NCBI GenBank assembly: GCA_965246995.1 | Contig: OZ252008.1 | Location: 772,671-836,670, forward strand | Origin: Vicinamibacterales bacterium | GTDB taxonomy: Bacteria; Acidobacteriota; Vicinamibacteria; Vicinamibacterales; UBA8438 | Length of the DNA stretch: 64,000 bases | Direction of reading: 5' to 3' | Shown here: one piece after another, positions 18,100 to 32,098 of the stretch | Numbering within the stretch: the stretch's first letter is position 1 | Layout: every line of letters starts with the position of its first letter | Translations under genes and position numbers: made by a program | Notes under the pieces: model-generated | Seen by the model: only the letters and a program-made list of their open reading frames with translations | Told to the model about the DNA's origin: nothing | Database searches by the model: none

Positions 18100-20409
18100 A
18101 TGTCCGAGACTCCGAACCCGGAAGTCGCATTCAGTTGGTTCATGCCGGCCGCCCCGTTCGCCGTGGCGCTGCTGATCCTTGCTGCTCCACCCGCTGCGGC
18201 GCAGGACCAGGATCAGGAGGACGACGAGGACGAAGTGCCGACATTCGCCGAGACCGTCGTCGTGACTGCCTCCCGTATCGAGCAGGAGATCGTCAACGCG
18301 CCGGCGACGGTCACCGTTATCGGTCCGGAACAGATCGCCGCACAGCCGGTCGCGAGCATCGGCGAACTCGTCCGGCAGGTGCCGGGCGTCAACGTCGTGC
18401 AGACGTCGAACCGCGAATTCAATGTCACGAGCCGCGGCGCCACCAGCACGCTCGCCACCTCGCAGATCGTCCTGGTCGATGGCCGTTCGGTCTACCAGGA
18501 CGTCTTCGGCTTCGTCGCCTGGGATCTCATACCGGTCACGATGGGCGATCTCGAGCGGGTCGAAGTGGTGCGCGGTCCTGCATCGGCCGTCTGGGGCGCA
18601 AATGCGATGAGTGGTGTCGTCAACCTGATCACCAAGCGGCCGCGGGACATGCTCGGCACGACGCTCGACATCAACTTCGGGACGTTCGATCGCAACGTCA
18701 CCGGACGCGACATGGATCCGGGGACTACCTACTCCGTCATGGGGACCCACGCAGCAGCCCCCAGTGACACCTTTGCCTACAAGGTGTCGCTCGGCTATAG
18801 CGAAGCGTCGGCGTTCGCCCGCCCGGCCGGCAACATTCCGAATATCGTCAACGTGACGCAGCCGTACCCGGAGCTCGCCGGCCTCGACACGCGGACACCG
18901 AAGTTCGACTTCCGCGGAGACTGGGATTCCCCCGATGGTCAAAGCCGCTTCAAGCTGACCGGCGGCTACGCGGGCACTCAGGGCATGCTCCATTCCGGAC
19001 TCGGCCCGTTTGAAATCAGTCCGGGTGCGGGGATGGGCTACGGCCGGCTGCAGTACGAGCGGGGCAGCTTCGAACTGGGTGCGTTCGTCAACTCCACTTC
19101 CGTGCCGTACCGGACGCTGCTGGTCCGGAGCCCGACCGGTCCGATCACGGGGGACCTCGTGTCGAATACGTTCGATGTGAGCTTCAGCAATACCGAGGTG
19201 ATCGGGACGCGCAACATCGTCAGCTACGGTGGCAACGTCCGGCTGATCACGATGGATTTCGATCTTGCGCCAGCCGGCGACGGCCGGAACGAGGTGGGCT
19301 TCTACTTACAGGACGAGATCTTCCTCCACGACCGGTTCCGCTGGATTCTGGGCGGACGGATCGATCGCGTGAGTCTGCTCGACGACATCCGGTTTTCGCC
19401 GCGGACAACGTTCATTTTCAAGCCGGCGGACGAGCATTCGATCCGGTTGTCGTACAACCAGGCGTTCCGCGCCCCGTCGCTCGTCAACAGCTTCCTCGAC
19501 GCCTCCATCGGGAATGTGGTGCAGTTTCCGCTGGATCGCCTGCTCGGACCGGCGGCGGCACTGCTGCCACCGGCACTGACACCCGCGCCGGTGAACTACT
19601 TCCTGCCGTCGCGGGTAGCCGGTGCCGAAGTGCCCGACGTCCCCCGTGACGGGTCGTTGCGGGCCGAGAACCTGACCGCCTACGAAGTGGCGTACGCCGG
19701 CGGACTCGGCGACCGGATCGGTCTGACTGCGGCCTTCTACGTCAATGACATCACGGACAGCATCGATTTCTCCGACTACTTGTTCTATTCGACGGCGAAC
19801 GCGCCCCCGAACTGGAACGCCAGCTTCGGACCGCCCCTCGCTGCGTTCGCCCAGTCGCTGGCGCCGGTCCTGCCGCCCGTTGCGGCGCAACTCGGTTTCC
19901 TGGCCCAGCATCCGGCCGCGTTGATTGATCTACTGGCCGCGAGCGGCACCCGGTTCCCGTCCGACTTCACCTACCTCAACCGTGGCTTCATCCGGAACAA
20001 GGGGATCGAGTTGGGCGTGAACGCGGCAATCGCCCGTGGCGTCAACACCTATGTCAACTACTCGTGGCAGGCAGCTCCGGAGGTGCGTGACTGGGATCCG
20101 AACGAGTACAACATCCCGTCGGCGCATCGCTTCAATGCCGGAATCGATGCTAGCACCGACACGGTGACGGCAAGCCTCTCGGTGAACCGGACGAGTGAGG
20201 CGTTCTGGACCGACGTGCTTACTGCCCAGTTCCATGGCTGGACGGACCCGTTCACCATGGTGAACGCGAGCTTCGGTTTCAACTTCGCGGACGGCCGCTA
20301 CAACCCGCGGATCCAGGTGCTGAACCTCCTGAATAACGAGATTCAGCAACACATCTTCGGCGATGTCATGAAGCGCCAGATCGTTGGCCAGCTCCGCGTG
20401 GGCTTCTAG
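18100..20409 (+). CDS. TonB-dependent outer-membrane receptor
   Basis: Signal peptide, plug domain (ETVVVTASRIEQEIVNAPATVTVI, VEVVRGPASAVWGANAMSGVVNLITK), a long beta-barrel and a terminal Phe. ATG 18100 has AGGAGG 6 nt upstream. Confidence 0.9.
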   Translation: MSETPNPEVAFSWFMPAAPFAVALLILAAPPAAAQDQDQEDDEDEVPTFAETVVVTASRIEQEIVNAPATVTVIGPEQIAAQPVASIGELVRQVPGVNVVQTSNREFNVTSRGATSTLATSQIVLVDGRSVYQDVFGFVAWDLIPVTMGDLERVEVVRGPASAVWGANAMSGVVNLITKRPRDMLGTTLDINFGTFDRNVTGRDMDPGTTYSVMGTHAAAPSDTFAYKVSLGYSEASAFARPAGNIPNIVNVTQPYPELAGLDTRTPKFDFRGDWDSPDGQSRFKLTGGYAGTQGMLHSGLGPFEISPGAGMGYGRLQYERGSFELGAFVNSTSVPYRTLLVRSPTGPITGDLVSNTFDVSFSNTEVIGTRNIVSYGGNVRLITMDFDLAPAGDGRNEVGFYLQDEIFLHDRFRWILGGRIDRVSLLDDIRFSPRTTFIFKPADEHSIRLSYNQAFRAPSLVNSFLDASIGNVVQFPLDRLLGPAAALLPPALTPAPVNYFLPSRVAGAEVPDVPRDGSLRAENLTAYEVAYAGGLGDRIGLTAAFYVNDITDSIDFSDYLFYSTANAPPNWNASFGPPLAAFAQSLAPVLPPVAAQLGFLAQHPAALIDLLAASGTRFPSDFTYLNRGFIRNKGIELGVNAAIARGVNTYVNYSWQAAPEVRDWDPNEYNIPSAHRFNAGIDASTDTVTASLSVNRTSEAFWTDVLTAQFHGWTDPFTMVNASFGFNFADGRYNPRIQVLNLLNNEIQQHIFGDVMKRQIVGQLRVGF

Positions 20410-21140
20410 CCGCGCATCGCGGGGGGCGGCGTGCGCCGGCCGAAGAGAGCCGTGCCGACGCGAACCATCGTGGCGCCTTCTTCGATGGCGGCCTCGAAGT
20501 CGTGGCTCATTCCCATGGAGAGGTGCGCGAGTCGGGATTCCGGAACGCCTTCGTTGCGGAGCGTGTCGCGCAACTCTCGGAGCCGGCGGAAGTAGGGCCG
20601 GGTCTCTTCCGGGTTGTCGTTCCAGGGAGGCATCAGCATCAGGCCACGCACCTCAGCCGAGCGGCAACTGGCGGCGGCGTCGAAGAGGCGGCGCAACTCT
20701 TCGGCGGTGGCGCCATGCTTCTGGATTTCGCCCGCGAGGTCGGCCTGGATCAGCAGCGCCGGTTTCGTACCGGCGGCAGCGGCCGCATCGTCCAGGCGGC
20801 GCAGCAGTTTCACGCTGTCGACCGAATGGATCCAGTCGAACTTCGCGGCCGCGTGGCGTGCCTTGTTCGACTGGAGGTGGCCGATCAGGTGCCAGCGGAC
20901 CGGCGGGAGGCCTGACGCCCGCTCGATCTTGTCGAGAGCCTCCTGCACGCGGTTCTCGCCGAAATCCTCGAGGCCGGCCGCGGCGGCCGCGGCGATCGCT
21001 TCGAGCGGAAAGGTCTTCGAGACGGCGAGCAGCTTCACGTCGACCGCCCGGCGGCCGGCGGCGGTGGCCGCCCGCGCGATCCGGTCCCGGACGGAACGGA
21101 TGTTCGTGGCAAGTTGATCCGGCGAAGGCGGCGTGCTCAC
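20406..21140 (-). CDS. yggS: YggS-family pyridoxal-phosphate homeostasis protein
   Basis: Contains LLAVSKTFP, FGENRVQEA, HLIGHLQSNKA and LSMGMSHDFEAAIEEGATMVRVGTALFG. Confidence 0.9.
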   Translation of the reverse strand: MSTPPSPDQLATNIRSVRDRIARAATAAGRRAVDVKLLAVSKTFPLEAIAAAAAAGLEDFGENRVQEALDKIERASGLPPVRWHLIGHLQSNKARHAAAKFDWIHSVDSVKLLRRLDDAAAAAGTKPALLIQADLAGEIQKHGATAEELRRLFDAAASCRSAEVRGLMLMPPWNDNPEETRPYFRRLRELRDTLRNEGVPESRLAHLSMGMSHDFEAAIEEGATMVRVGTALFGRRTPPPAMRG

Positions 21141-22090
21141 CGCGGCGGGTCCAGGACGGCGAGGCGCGACCGGGCGTCGGCGGCATGTTCGCCGCTGCCC
21201 GCAAGGCTGAGGTAGCGGTGAAGAGACGTGATGGCGGTGGCCGGTTCGTTGAGGTCCTCGAGCGTGACGCCGAGCCAGTAGTACGCGGGCGCGTTCGAGG
21301 GGTCGTAGGTGGTCGCTTCCTCGAAGCGCATGCGGGCTTCCTCCAGACTACCCGCCTCCCGCAACGCAAGGCCCAGTTCCACTGCGTCTGCAGCACGCTG
21401 TCGGCTTGTGTCGAGTGCGGCGAGGGTCAGGCGCGTCGCTTCCTCGCGGGCGGCTGCTGCCTCCGCCGCCCGGCCCGACCTCCCGTAGATGTCTGACAGG
21501 CCGTAGTACGCCGCGGCGTAATCCGGCTGCACCGCAAGGGCCTCGTTGAACGCGCGTTCCGCCTCGCTCCATTGCTCGAGCGCCCCGTGCGCGATGCCTG
21601 CGTTGTAAAGGCACTCCACGCACAGGGGAAAGAGCTGCGCCCCCAGGTTGAAGTAGGTGATCGCGTCGGTGTAGGCGCCGTCACGGTTCGCGGTGACGCC
21701 CGTTTCGAACAGCGAGTCGAGTTCTGCCTGATCGGCGCCGGCGGCAAGCCAGGGGGTAGCGCGCCTGTCCGCTTCGAGGATGAAGCGGATCTGCGCCGCG
21801 CGTCCGTCGCGCACCTGAACTCGGTAGACGTCGCTCCGCTCATCACCCAGTGCCGCGGTGACGGTGTAGAAGCCGGACGGGATGTCCGAGCGATAGAAGC
21901 GGCCGTCCGCGCCAGTCTCCAGTTCGATTGTCTCGCTCCCCTCGCGCATCGGAAGCAGGATCACCAGCGCGCCCGCGACCGACGCGCCGTCGGTATCGGC
22001 GACGGTCCCCCGGACCACGCCGGCAGCCTGGGCGTGCGCGGCAGTCGCCCCGAGAACGAGTGTGATGACGATGGCGAGACAGCGAGTCAT
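21137..22090 (-). CDS. Secreted protein with an N-terminal carboxypeptidase-regulatory-like domain and TPR repeats
   Basis: Signal peptide [21 protein letters not shown], then VRGTVADTDGASVAGALV...ADGRFYRSDIPSGFYTV, then repeated A..YYN.G/A..AF..AL TPR-like units. Confidence 0.65.
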   Translation of the reverse strand: MTRCLAIVITLVLGATAAHAQAAGVVRGTVADTDGASVAGALVILLPMREGSETIELETGADGRFYRSDIPSGFYTVTAALGDERSDVYRVQVRDGRAAQIRFILEADRRATPWLAAGADQAELDSLFETGVTANRDGAYTDAITYFNLGAQLFPLCVECLYNAGIAHGALEQWSEAERAFNEALAVQPDYAAAYYGLSDIYGRSGRAAEAAAAREEATRLTLAALDTSRQRAADAVELGLALREAGSLEEARMRFEEATTYDPSNAPAYYWLGVTLEDLNEPATAITSLHRYLSLAGSGEHAADARSRLAVLDPPR

Positions 22091-24303
22091 GACTCCAGTC
22101 TATCGCCGTTGAGGAAGCGATCGACATCCGCCAGGTCGTGCGTAACCGGGGCAGGGGGGAAGGAGTTCAGAAACCGCCGGCCGTAGCCCCGGGTCCGGAG
22201 TCGGGGATCGAGCAGCGCGAGGACCCCACGGTCCGACCGGTGCCGGATCAGGCGGCCCAGTCCCTGCAGCAGGGTCAGGATGGCGAGCGGCACCTGATAG
22301 TCGACGAACGGGTTCCCCCCTTCCTCGGTGATCTGATCCAGCCGTGCGGCGACGAGCGGATCCCCGGGCGAGGCGAACGGCAGCTTGTCGATGACCACAC
22401 AACTCAGCGCTTCGCCGACGACATCTACCCCCTGCCAGAAGCTGGACGTGGCAAGCAGCACCGCGTTCGGTGTCGCGCGAAACTCACGCAGGAGCATGTT
22501 GCGCGGCGCGGTTCCCTGCACGAGGACCGGGTACGGGCACGTCGGCTCGATCCGGGCGCGGACCGCTTCCAGGTTGGCGTAGCTGGTGAAGAGGACAAAG
22601 GCTCGACCGGAAGTCACGTCGAGCAACGCCCGAACTTCCCGGGCGACCGCTTCGGCAAAGGCGGGATCGCCCGGCGGCGGCATCCGGCGCGGCAGGTACA
22701 GGACCGCCTGCTGCTGGAAGTCGAACTCCGAGGGTACCTGCAACTCGACCGCGTCATCGATACCAAGACGGCTGCGAACATACCGGAACGATCCATCGAC
22801 CGTGAGTGTCGCGGAAGTAAGGAGCAGCGAGCGCATCCGTTCGATCAGCAGCTCCCGGATGATGCTGGAGACATCGATCGGCGCCGCGGCGAGGAAGGTC
22901 CCGCGGCCCCGTCTTTCGAGGTAGTAGACAAAGCGCGGATCGGAAGCGGCGACGAGGAAGGCGACCTGTTCCTGGAGTCCCTCGGCGCGGCGGCCAAGAC
23001 CCGCGAGTTCGGCATTCTCGGTCGCTCCGGCTGCCTTTGACAGCAGGTCGGCGAGATGCCCCAGGCTGCGTGCGAGCATTCGGCCCGCCTCGGAGGCGGG
23101 ACTGAGCATCTCGGCGGTAACCCGGATCCGTTCCCGAGCCGTGACGAGCGTCTGGAGCAAGGCAAAGAAGTTGCGCGCATCTGCCTTGACGGCATCGAGC
23201 CGCTCGTGAAGCTCCCGCGCATCCGCATCGCTCAGCGCCTCGGCGGGCGGCAATTGACCGGCGTCCTTCCCCGCGTTTCGGGATCCCGTGCGTCCCCGGT
23301 CGGCCTGCACCCCGAGCGTCAGCCGCCGGCCGTCATGTTCAATCTCGTGCAGCTTGAAGTTGTTGATGGTGACCGCGAACGACTGCGTCGCGACATCCTC
23401 CAGCTGATGTGCCTCGTCAACGATGACCGTCGCACAGTCGGGTATGACACTGCCGGCGCCGGCCGCCACTTTGCGCACTGCCGCGTCCGCGCAAAGCAGA
23501 TGGTGGTTGACGATTACGAGATCCGACTCGGCCGCCCGTTGCCGCATCGACGTTACGAAGCAGTCCTGGTAGCGGGGGCAGTCCAGCCCGATGCAGTTCT
23601 CGGACGTGGCCGCGATGTCGTTCCAGATGGCCAGATCGTCTGGCAGGTCTTCGATCTCCGCCCGGTCGCCGGTGTCGGTCTGCGCGGCCCACTCCGCGAT
23701 TCGGTCGAGGACGTCCTTCTCCTGATGCGGCAGCAGCGTGATCTGCGCCTCGGTCCTCGCGGTTTCGAACCGGTGGAGACAGAGGTAGTTACCGCGTCCC
23801 TTCATGTAGGTGGCGCTGAACGCAACGCCGAGCGCATCGCGCAGCTCCGGCAGGTCCTTGTAGAAGATCTGATCCTGCAGGTTGCGCGTGCCGGTGGAGA
23901 TCACCACCCGTTCGCCACTCAGAATCGCCGGCACGAGGTACGCAAGCGTCTTTCCGGTGCCCGTTCCCGCCTCGGCCAGGAGCACGCCGCCGGTCTGAAG
24001 CAGGCGCGCCACCGCGTCAGCCATCCGGCGCTGGCCCGGTCGCGGCTCGAAGCTGGGCATCGCGCAGGCAAGCAATCCGCCGTCGGCCAGTGCCTCGGCG
24101 ACTCGCGGATTCACATCCGTCGCGGTTGCCGCGTCCGGGTCGGTGGCGGGTTCGAAGTCGGAACCGGACTCCCGGTCAGCGTCGATCTGGATATCGAACT
24201 CCGTCTCCGCCCAGGTATCGTGCTGGACGTCGACGTCCGGTTCGACCGTCAGTTCCCGCTCGGGCTCGATGTCGTCGTCGGGTACAGGGGGAACTGCTGG
24301 CAC
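22087..24303 (-). CDS. dinG: DinG/Rad3-family ATP-dependent DNA helicase with an acidic N-terminal extension
   Basis: Contains [32 protein letters not shown] and [23 protein letters not shown]. The start at 24303 overlaps glyA by 55 nt, and high third-position G+C in the extension supports translation. An alternative GTG start lies at 24114. Confidence 0.85.
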   Translation of the reverse strand: MPAVPPVPDDDIEPERELTVEPDVDVQHDTWAETEFDIQIDADRESGSDFEPATDPDAATATDVNPRVAEALADGGLLACAMPSFEPRPGQRRMADAVARLLQTGGVLLAEAGTGTGKTLAYLVPAILSGERVVISTGTRNLQDQIFYKDLPELRDALGVAFSATYMKGRGNYLCLHRFETARTEAQITLLPHQEKDVLDRIAEWAAQTDTGDRAEIEDLPDDLAIWNDIAATSENCIGLDCPRYQDCFVTSMRQRAAESDLVIVNHHLLCADAAVRKVAAGAGSVIPDCATVIVDEAHQLEDVATQSFAVTINNFKLHEIEHDGRRLTLGVQADRGRTGSRNAGKDAGQLPPAEALSDADARELHERLDAVKADARNFFALLQTLVTARERIRVTAEMLSPASEAGRMLARSLGHLADLLSKAAGATENAELAGLGRRAEGLQEQVAFLVAASDPRFVYYLERRGRGTFLAAAPIDVSSIIRELLIERMRSLLLTSATLTVDGSFRYVRSRLGIDDAVELQVPSEFDFQQQAVLYLPRRMPPPGDPAFAEAVAREVRALLDVTSGRAFVLFTSYANLEAVRARIEPTCPYPVLVQGTAPRNMLLREFRATPNAVLLATSSFWQGVDVVGEALSCVVIDKLPFASPGDPLVAARLDQITEEGGNPFVDYQVPLAILTLLQGLGRLIRHRSDRGVLALLDPRLRTRGYGRRFLNSFPPAPVTHDLADVDRFLNGDRLES

Positions 24304-25541
24304 AGCGCTTCCACTTCGGTCCGGACCATGCGGGCGACGTGTTCGTCCTCCGGGTCGGCGAGGATGCGGCCGATCATCTCCGCCACCGTCTCCATCTCCG
24401 CTTCCCCCATGCCGCGGGTCGTGAGCGCGGGCGTGCCCAACCGGATGCCGCTCGCCACCATCGGTGGCTGTTCGTCGAACGGGATCGCGTTCTTGTTCAC
24501 GGTGATTCCGGCGCGGCCAAGCGCCGCCTCCGACACCTTCCCGGTCAGGCCGCGTGAGAAGACATCAACCAGCAGTAGGTGATTGTCAGTCCCGCCGCTC
24601 ACGATCCGGAAGCCCTGCGCGGCGAGCGCTTCCGCCAGGCGGGCGGCATTCCGGACCACCTGTCGCTGGTACTCGGCGAAGGCCGGCTCCGCCGCTTCCT
24701 TGAGGCACACCGCCTTGGCCGCGATCACGTGCATCAGCGGCCCCCCTTGTATCCCGGGGAAGAGTGCGCGGTTGATCGCCGCCCGGTGCGTCTCCCGGCA
24801 GAGGATCAGGCCTCCGCGGGGGCCGCGAAGCGTCTTGTGCGTGGTCGTGGTGACGATATCGGAGTGGGGGACGGGACTCGGATGGAGCCCGGTCGCCACC
24901 AGGCCCGCGATATGCGCCATGTCGGTCACTACGGGCGCACCCACGTCGGAGGCGACCGCCGAGATCCGCTCGAAGTCGATGACGCGCGGATAAGCCGACG
25001 CGCCCACCATGATCATCTGCGGCTTGTGTTCGTGCGCCAGCTTCTCGAGCTCTTCGTAGTCGATCCGTTCGTCGTCGCGCCGCACGCCGTAGGGGACGAT
25101 GGTGTAGAGCTGACCGGAGAAGTTGAGCGGATGGCCGTGCGTCAGGTGTCCGCCGTGCGCGAGGTCCATCCCGAGCACCTTGTCACCCGGTTTGATCAGC
25201 GCGAAATACGCCGTCATGTTCGCCTGGGCGCCGGAGTGCGGCTGCACGTTCGCGTGCTCGGCACCGAAGAGCGCCTTTGCTCGCCCGATGGCGAGTGACT
25301 CGGCGACGTCGACGAACTCGCAGCCGCCGTAGTACCGCCTCCCCGGGTAGCCTTCGGCGTACTTGTTGGTCAGGACGGAGCCCATCGCCTCCATGACCGC
25401 CGCGCTGGTGAAGTTCTCGGAGGCGATCAGTTCGAGGCCGTCGTTCTGGCGACCGATCTCGTCGGCGATGGCGGTGGCGATCTCCGGGTCCCGCGCTGCG
25501 AGCGGAGCGGTGATGTCGAGGGCGTCGAGCGTGTCAGTCAT
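24249..25541 (-). CDS. glyA: Serine hydroxymethyltransferase
   Basis: Contains [41 protein letters not shown] and the C-terminal FPLY. Confidence 0.97.
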   Translation of the reverse strand: MTDTLDALDITAPLAARDPEIATAIADEIGRQNDGLELIASENFTSAAVMEAMGSVLTNKYAEGYPGRRYYGGCEFVDVAESLAIGRAKALFGAEHANVQPHSGAQANMTAYFALIKPGDKVLGMDLAHGGHLTHGHPLNFSGQLYTIVPYGVRRDDERIDYEELEKLAHEHKPQMIMVGASAYPRVIDFERISAVASDVGAPVVTDMAHIAGLVATGLHPSPVPHSDIVTTTTHKTLRGPRGGLILCRETHRAAINRALFPGIQGGPLMHVIAAKAVCLKEAAEPAFAEYQRQVVRNAARLAEALAAQGFRIVSGGTDNHLLLVDVFSRGLTGKVSEAALGRAGITVNKNAIPFDEQPPMVASGIRLGTPALTTRGMGEAEMETVAEMIGRILADPEDEHVARMVRTEVEALCQQFPLYPTTTSSPSGN

Positions 25542-26011
25542 GGTGTTGGGCGGCGTTCGATCGCCGCGATCTTCTCGACGCGGCGCTGATGGCGTCCGCC
25601 GGCGAAAGGTGTTTCCAGGAACGCCCGGATAATGGTGAGGGCGTCGGTCTCGGCCAGCGACCGTCCCGCGAGCGCGAGGATGTTGGCGTCGTTGTGCTCG
25701 CGGCAGAGCCTCGCACTCTCGACGGTGTGGACCAGCGCGGCGCGAATGCCCGGTACCTTGTTGGCAGCGATCGACATGCCCACGCCGCTGCCGCAGATCA
25801 GGATCCCCCGGTCGTACGCGCCGTTCGCAACACCGGCCGCCACCGCCTGCGCCACGTCGGGGTAGTCGGCGGGATCGGTCGAGTGGACGCCCAGGTCGAC
25901 GATCTTCGTGGCGCTCCCGGCCGGGTAGCCGGCGGCGTTCCCGTCCAGCGCCCGCCGGACCTCATCCTTTAGCGCGACACCCGCATGATCGGCTCCCAGC
26001 GCCACCCGCAT
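25538..26011 (-). CDS. rpiB: Ribose-5-phosphate isomerase B
   Basis: Contains [28 protein letters not shown] and [17 protein letters not shown]. Confidence 0.93.
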   Translation of the reverse strand: MRVALGADHAGVALKDEVRRALDGNAAGYPAGSATKIVDLGVHSTDPADYPDVAQAVAAGVANGAYDRGILICGSGVGMSIAANKVPGIRAALVHTVESARLCREHNDANILALAGRSLAETDALTIIRAFLETPFAGGRHQRRVEKIAAIERRPTP

Positions 26012-26038
26012 ACTGCGATTGTACTATCTCGTTCTCCG

Positions 26039-29234
<3,196 letters not shown>

Positions 29235-29247
29235 CGGCCTGCGGCTG

Positions 29248-29841
29248 TCAGCGCGCGGCCGCGGCGCCCGTCGGCAGGGTCGTTATCTGAATGATCGTCG
29301 GGAACGCCGGTGGATCGCCCCCCGGCGCCGTATTCAGGAAACCGGGTGATCCGTAGTCCTTGACCGTTACGCTGGGGCGATAGTCCATTTCGCGGTCCCG
29401 GAACGGCCCCGTCTCGAACTGATGAATAGCCGGGCGGTTGTACACGCGGCGACCCCTCTCGTCGAGCACCACCGAGTAGTAACCCACGAGGTCTACGAAG
29501 GTTGCGGTGGAACCAAAGAGGTGGAAAACTTGTCCTCGCCCAGCGTCGTACGATGTGATGTACTGCGAGTTCGGGAAGATCGGCACGCCCAGTTCTTCGT
29601 CCGTCGGTGCTTCCCGGTCGGCCATCGCCGCGGCGGCCGCCAAGGCAAGTTGCGCCGCCTGTCCCGGCGTCGTAACGGCGGACGTTCCGGCATCCTCGCG
29701 AGCCGTGGATGCTTCGGACTCCGGTTCGCCGGCAGTTGGGAAGGGTCTGGGTGACAGCGGCCGGCGCTGCGCCTCGGTGGCGCCGGGGATGACGATCAGG
29801 GCCGTAACGACCGCAAGAGCGACGGTCGCACGCCGCAACAT
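29248..29841 (-). CDS. Hypothetical secreted protein
   Basis: The start is chosen at the Met giving the signal peptide MLRRATVALAVVTALIVIPGATEAQ. I recognise no motif, and codon third positions are G+C-rich as in neighbouring genes. Confidence 0.5.
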   Translation of the reverse strand: MLRRATVALAVVTALIVIPGATEAQRRPLSPRPFPTAGEPESEASTAREDAGTSAVTTPGQAAQLALAAAAAMADREAPTDEELGVPIFPNSQYITSYDAGRGQVFHLFGSTATFVDLVGYYSVVLDERGRRVYNRPAIHQFETGPFRDREMDYRPSVTVKDYGSPGFLNTAPGGDPPAFPTIIQITTLPTGAAAAR

Positions 29842-29850
29842 CGCATCGAC

Positions 29851-31017
29851 GTGCATCACAAACGTATTATGCCCCAAATGCCAGCGATTCGGGATTACTG
29901 CGACGCCCACTACGACTGGCTGATCGACGCGATAGTCACCCTCGTCCGGTCCGAATCACCCACGACCGACCGCGCCGCCGCCAACCGGTGCGGCCACCTG
30001 CTTGCCGGGATGATCCGCAAGGAGGGGGGTGCAGTCCAGTCGGTTCGGTCAGAGCAGTGCGGCGACCATCTGCTTGCCACGTTTGGTGGCGGATCGGGCG
30101 AACCAGTGCTGCTCCTGGGACACTTCGACACCGTGTGGCCGGTCGGTCAGCTGGAGCGGATGGCGATACGGGAAGTGGATGGCCGGCTACACGGGCCGGG
30201 TGTCTACGACATGAAGGGCGGTATCGGCATCGGCCTGCTCGCGCTGCGCGCACTGGCCGCGACGGGGAGACTGGAGCGACTCCGCGTCGCCATGCTTCTG
30301 ACGGCGGACGAGGAGCGGGGGAGCCGGTCGTCGCGCGGACTGATCGAAGACACGGCACGGGGGAGCGGCGCGGTGCTGGTGCTCGAGCCGGCGCTGCCGG
30401 GTGGCGCGGTCAAGACCGGCCGCAAGGGATGTGGCGAGTTCGAGCTGCGGATCCAGGGTGTTGCGGCGCATGCCGGGATAGATCCTTCGCGCGGCGCAAG
30501 CGCGATAGACGAGCTGGCGGCGCAGATCGGCGCAATCGGCAGGTTGCGCGATCCGGAGCGCGGGGTGACGCTGAACGTCGGTATCGTCGAAGGGGGCAGC
30601 CGGCCGAACGTCGTGGCCGCCACGGCGCGTGCGATCGTGGATGCTCGTTCCGAGACGATGGCCGAGGCGCACCGGATCGAGGAAGCGATGCGCGCGCTGC
30701 GGCCGACGATCCGCGGCACCGAGATCGAGGTAACCGGCGGCTTCGCGCGGCCGCCGTTCGAGCGGACGCCGGCGGTGGCCGCTCTGTACGAGACGGCACG
30801 CGCCGTGGCGGCCGAGCTGGGTCGCGATCTGCCCGAGGGATCCACCGGCGGCGGGTCCGACGGCAACTTCACCGGCGCACTCGGTATCCCCACCCTTGAC
30901 GGTCTGGGCGCCGTAGGGGATGGCGCGCACGCGCTGGACGAGCACGTTCTGACTGCCCATCTCACCTGGCGCGCTGCGCTGGTGGCCGGCCTGATCGAGC
31001 GTCTGGGGGACTGCTAG
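29851..31017 (+). CDS. M20-family metallopeptidase (glutamate carboxypeptidase/CPG2-like)
   Basis: Contains LLLGHFDTVWP, GVYDMKGGI, LLTADEERGS and GGGSDGNF. The start is uncertain, with in-frame ATGs at 29851, 29869 and 29878. Confidence 0.85.
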   Translation: MHHKRIMPQMPAIRDYCDAHYDWLIDAIVTLVRSESPTTDRAAANRCGHLLAGMIRKEGGAVQSVRSEQCGDHLLATFGGGSGEPVLLLGHFDTVWPVGQLERMAIREVDGRLHGPGVYDMKGGIGIGLLALRALAATGRLERLRVAMLLTADEERGSRSSRGLIEDTARGSGAVLVLEPALPGGAVKTGRKGCGEFELRIQGVAAHAGIDPSRGASAIDELAAQIGAIGRLRDPERGVTLNVGIVEGGSRPNVVAATARAIVDARSETMAEAHRIEEAMRALRPTIRGTEIEVTGGFARPPFERTPAVAALYETARAVAAELGRDLPEGSTGGGSDGNFTGALGIPTLDGLGAVGDGAHALDEHVLTAHLTWRAALVAGLIERLGDC

Positions 31018-31041
31018 AATCGGTAGAGGAGAAGAGAACAA

Positions 31042-31878
31042 ATGGGAAACGCAATCAAGACCGCACTACTGCTCGGACTGCTCAGCGGCGTGTTGCTCGC
31101 TATCGGTCAGTGGTTTGGCGGGTCGAACGGACTCGTGATCGCCTTCGTCATCGCCGTGGTGATGAACTTCGGATCGTACTGGTGGTCCGACAAGGTCGTC
31201 CTCCGGATGTACCGCGCGAAGGAGGTGGGCCCGGATCACAAGCTTTACCGGATCACCGCGCGGCTGGTGCAGCGCGCGGAGTTGCCGATGCCGAAGGTGT
31301 ACGTCATCCCGGACGGATCACCGAACGCGTTCGCCACCGGGCGCAATCGGACGCATGCGGCGGTGGCGGCAACCGAGGGGTTGCTGCGCGTACTGGCCGA
31401 TACGGAGGTCGAGGGTGTCATGGCGCACGAGCTGGCGCACATCAAGCATCGTGACATCCTGATCAGTTCCGTCGCCGCAACGATCGCGGCGACGATCATG
31501 ATGATCGCCAACATGGCCCAATGGGCGGCGATCTTCGGTGGTTTCGGCGGACGGGACGATCGGGGCAGCAACCCGCTCGCGCTGCTCGCCACCATCATCG
31601 TTGCGCCGCTGGCGGCGGGGCTGATTCAAGCCGCCATCTCCCGGTCGCGCGAGTTTGCCGCCGACCGGGGTGCTGCACAGATTGTCGGGAGTCCCTACGG
31701 GCTGGTCAACGCGCTCAAGAAGATCGAGTCCGCAGCCAAGCGTGTCCCGCTCGACGCCAACCCGGCGACGGCGCACATGTTCATCATGAAGCCGTTTGGC
31801 GGGAGAGGGATGATGTCCCTCTTCAGCACCCATCCGCCGACGGAACAGCGGATCCGGGCACTACTCGGGACCATCTAG
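31042..31878 (+). CDS. htpX: Membrane zinc protease HtpX (M48)
   Basis: Contains the HELAHIKHRD zinc motif, NAFATG, four transmembrane segments, and STHPPTEQRI. The stop TAG lies inside the CTAG that bounds MITE copy B. Confidence 0.93.
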   Translation: MGNAIKTALLLGLLSGVLLAIGQWFGGSNGLVIAFVIAVVMNFGSYWWSDKVVLRMYRAKEVGPDHKLYRITARLVQRAELPMPKVYVIPDGSPNAFATGRNRTHAAVAATEGLLRVLADTEVEGVMAHELAHIKHRDILISSVAATIAATIMMIANMAQWAAIFGGFGGRDDRGSNPLALLATIIVAPLAAGLIQAAISRSREFAADRGAAQIVGSPYGLVNALKKIESAAKRVPLDANPATAHMFIMKPFGGRGMMSLFSTHPPTEQRIRALLGTI

Positions 31879-32058
31879 GAGCCCGTGGTGAAACCCCGCG
31901 TCGCACCGAGAGCGGCGAGGCGCTCGCCGGACAAGGCGCGACGAGGGAGCATATTGGCCATATTGCGACCGCGGACTGCCGCAGTCCGAGGAGCAACGCC
32001 GTTCAGGCGGGATGCATCGCCGCTCGAATGTAGCGGGGGTTTCACCACGGGCTCCTAG
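31875..32058. repeat. MITE-like palindromic repeat, copy B (184 nt, inverted relative to copy A)
   Basis: Perfect ~22-nt terminal inverted repeats CTAGGAGCCCGTGGTGAAACCCC/GGGGGTTTCACCACGGGCTCCTAG. The extra 18 nt relative to copy A contain the perfect hairpin GGACTGC-C-GCAGTCC. Confidence 0.8.
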
Positions 32059-32098
32059 AGCCTCAGGCGTTTCGGATCGCGGCGACGCGGAAGCGTAA

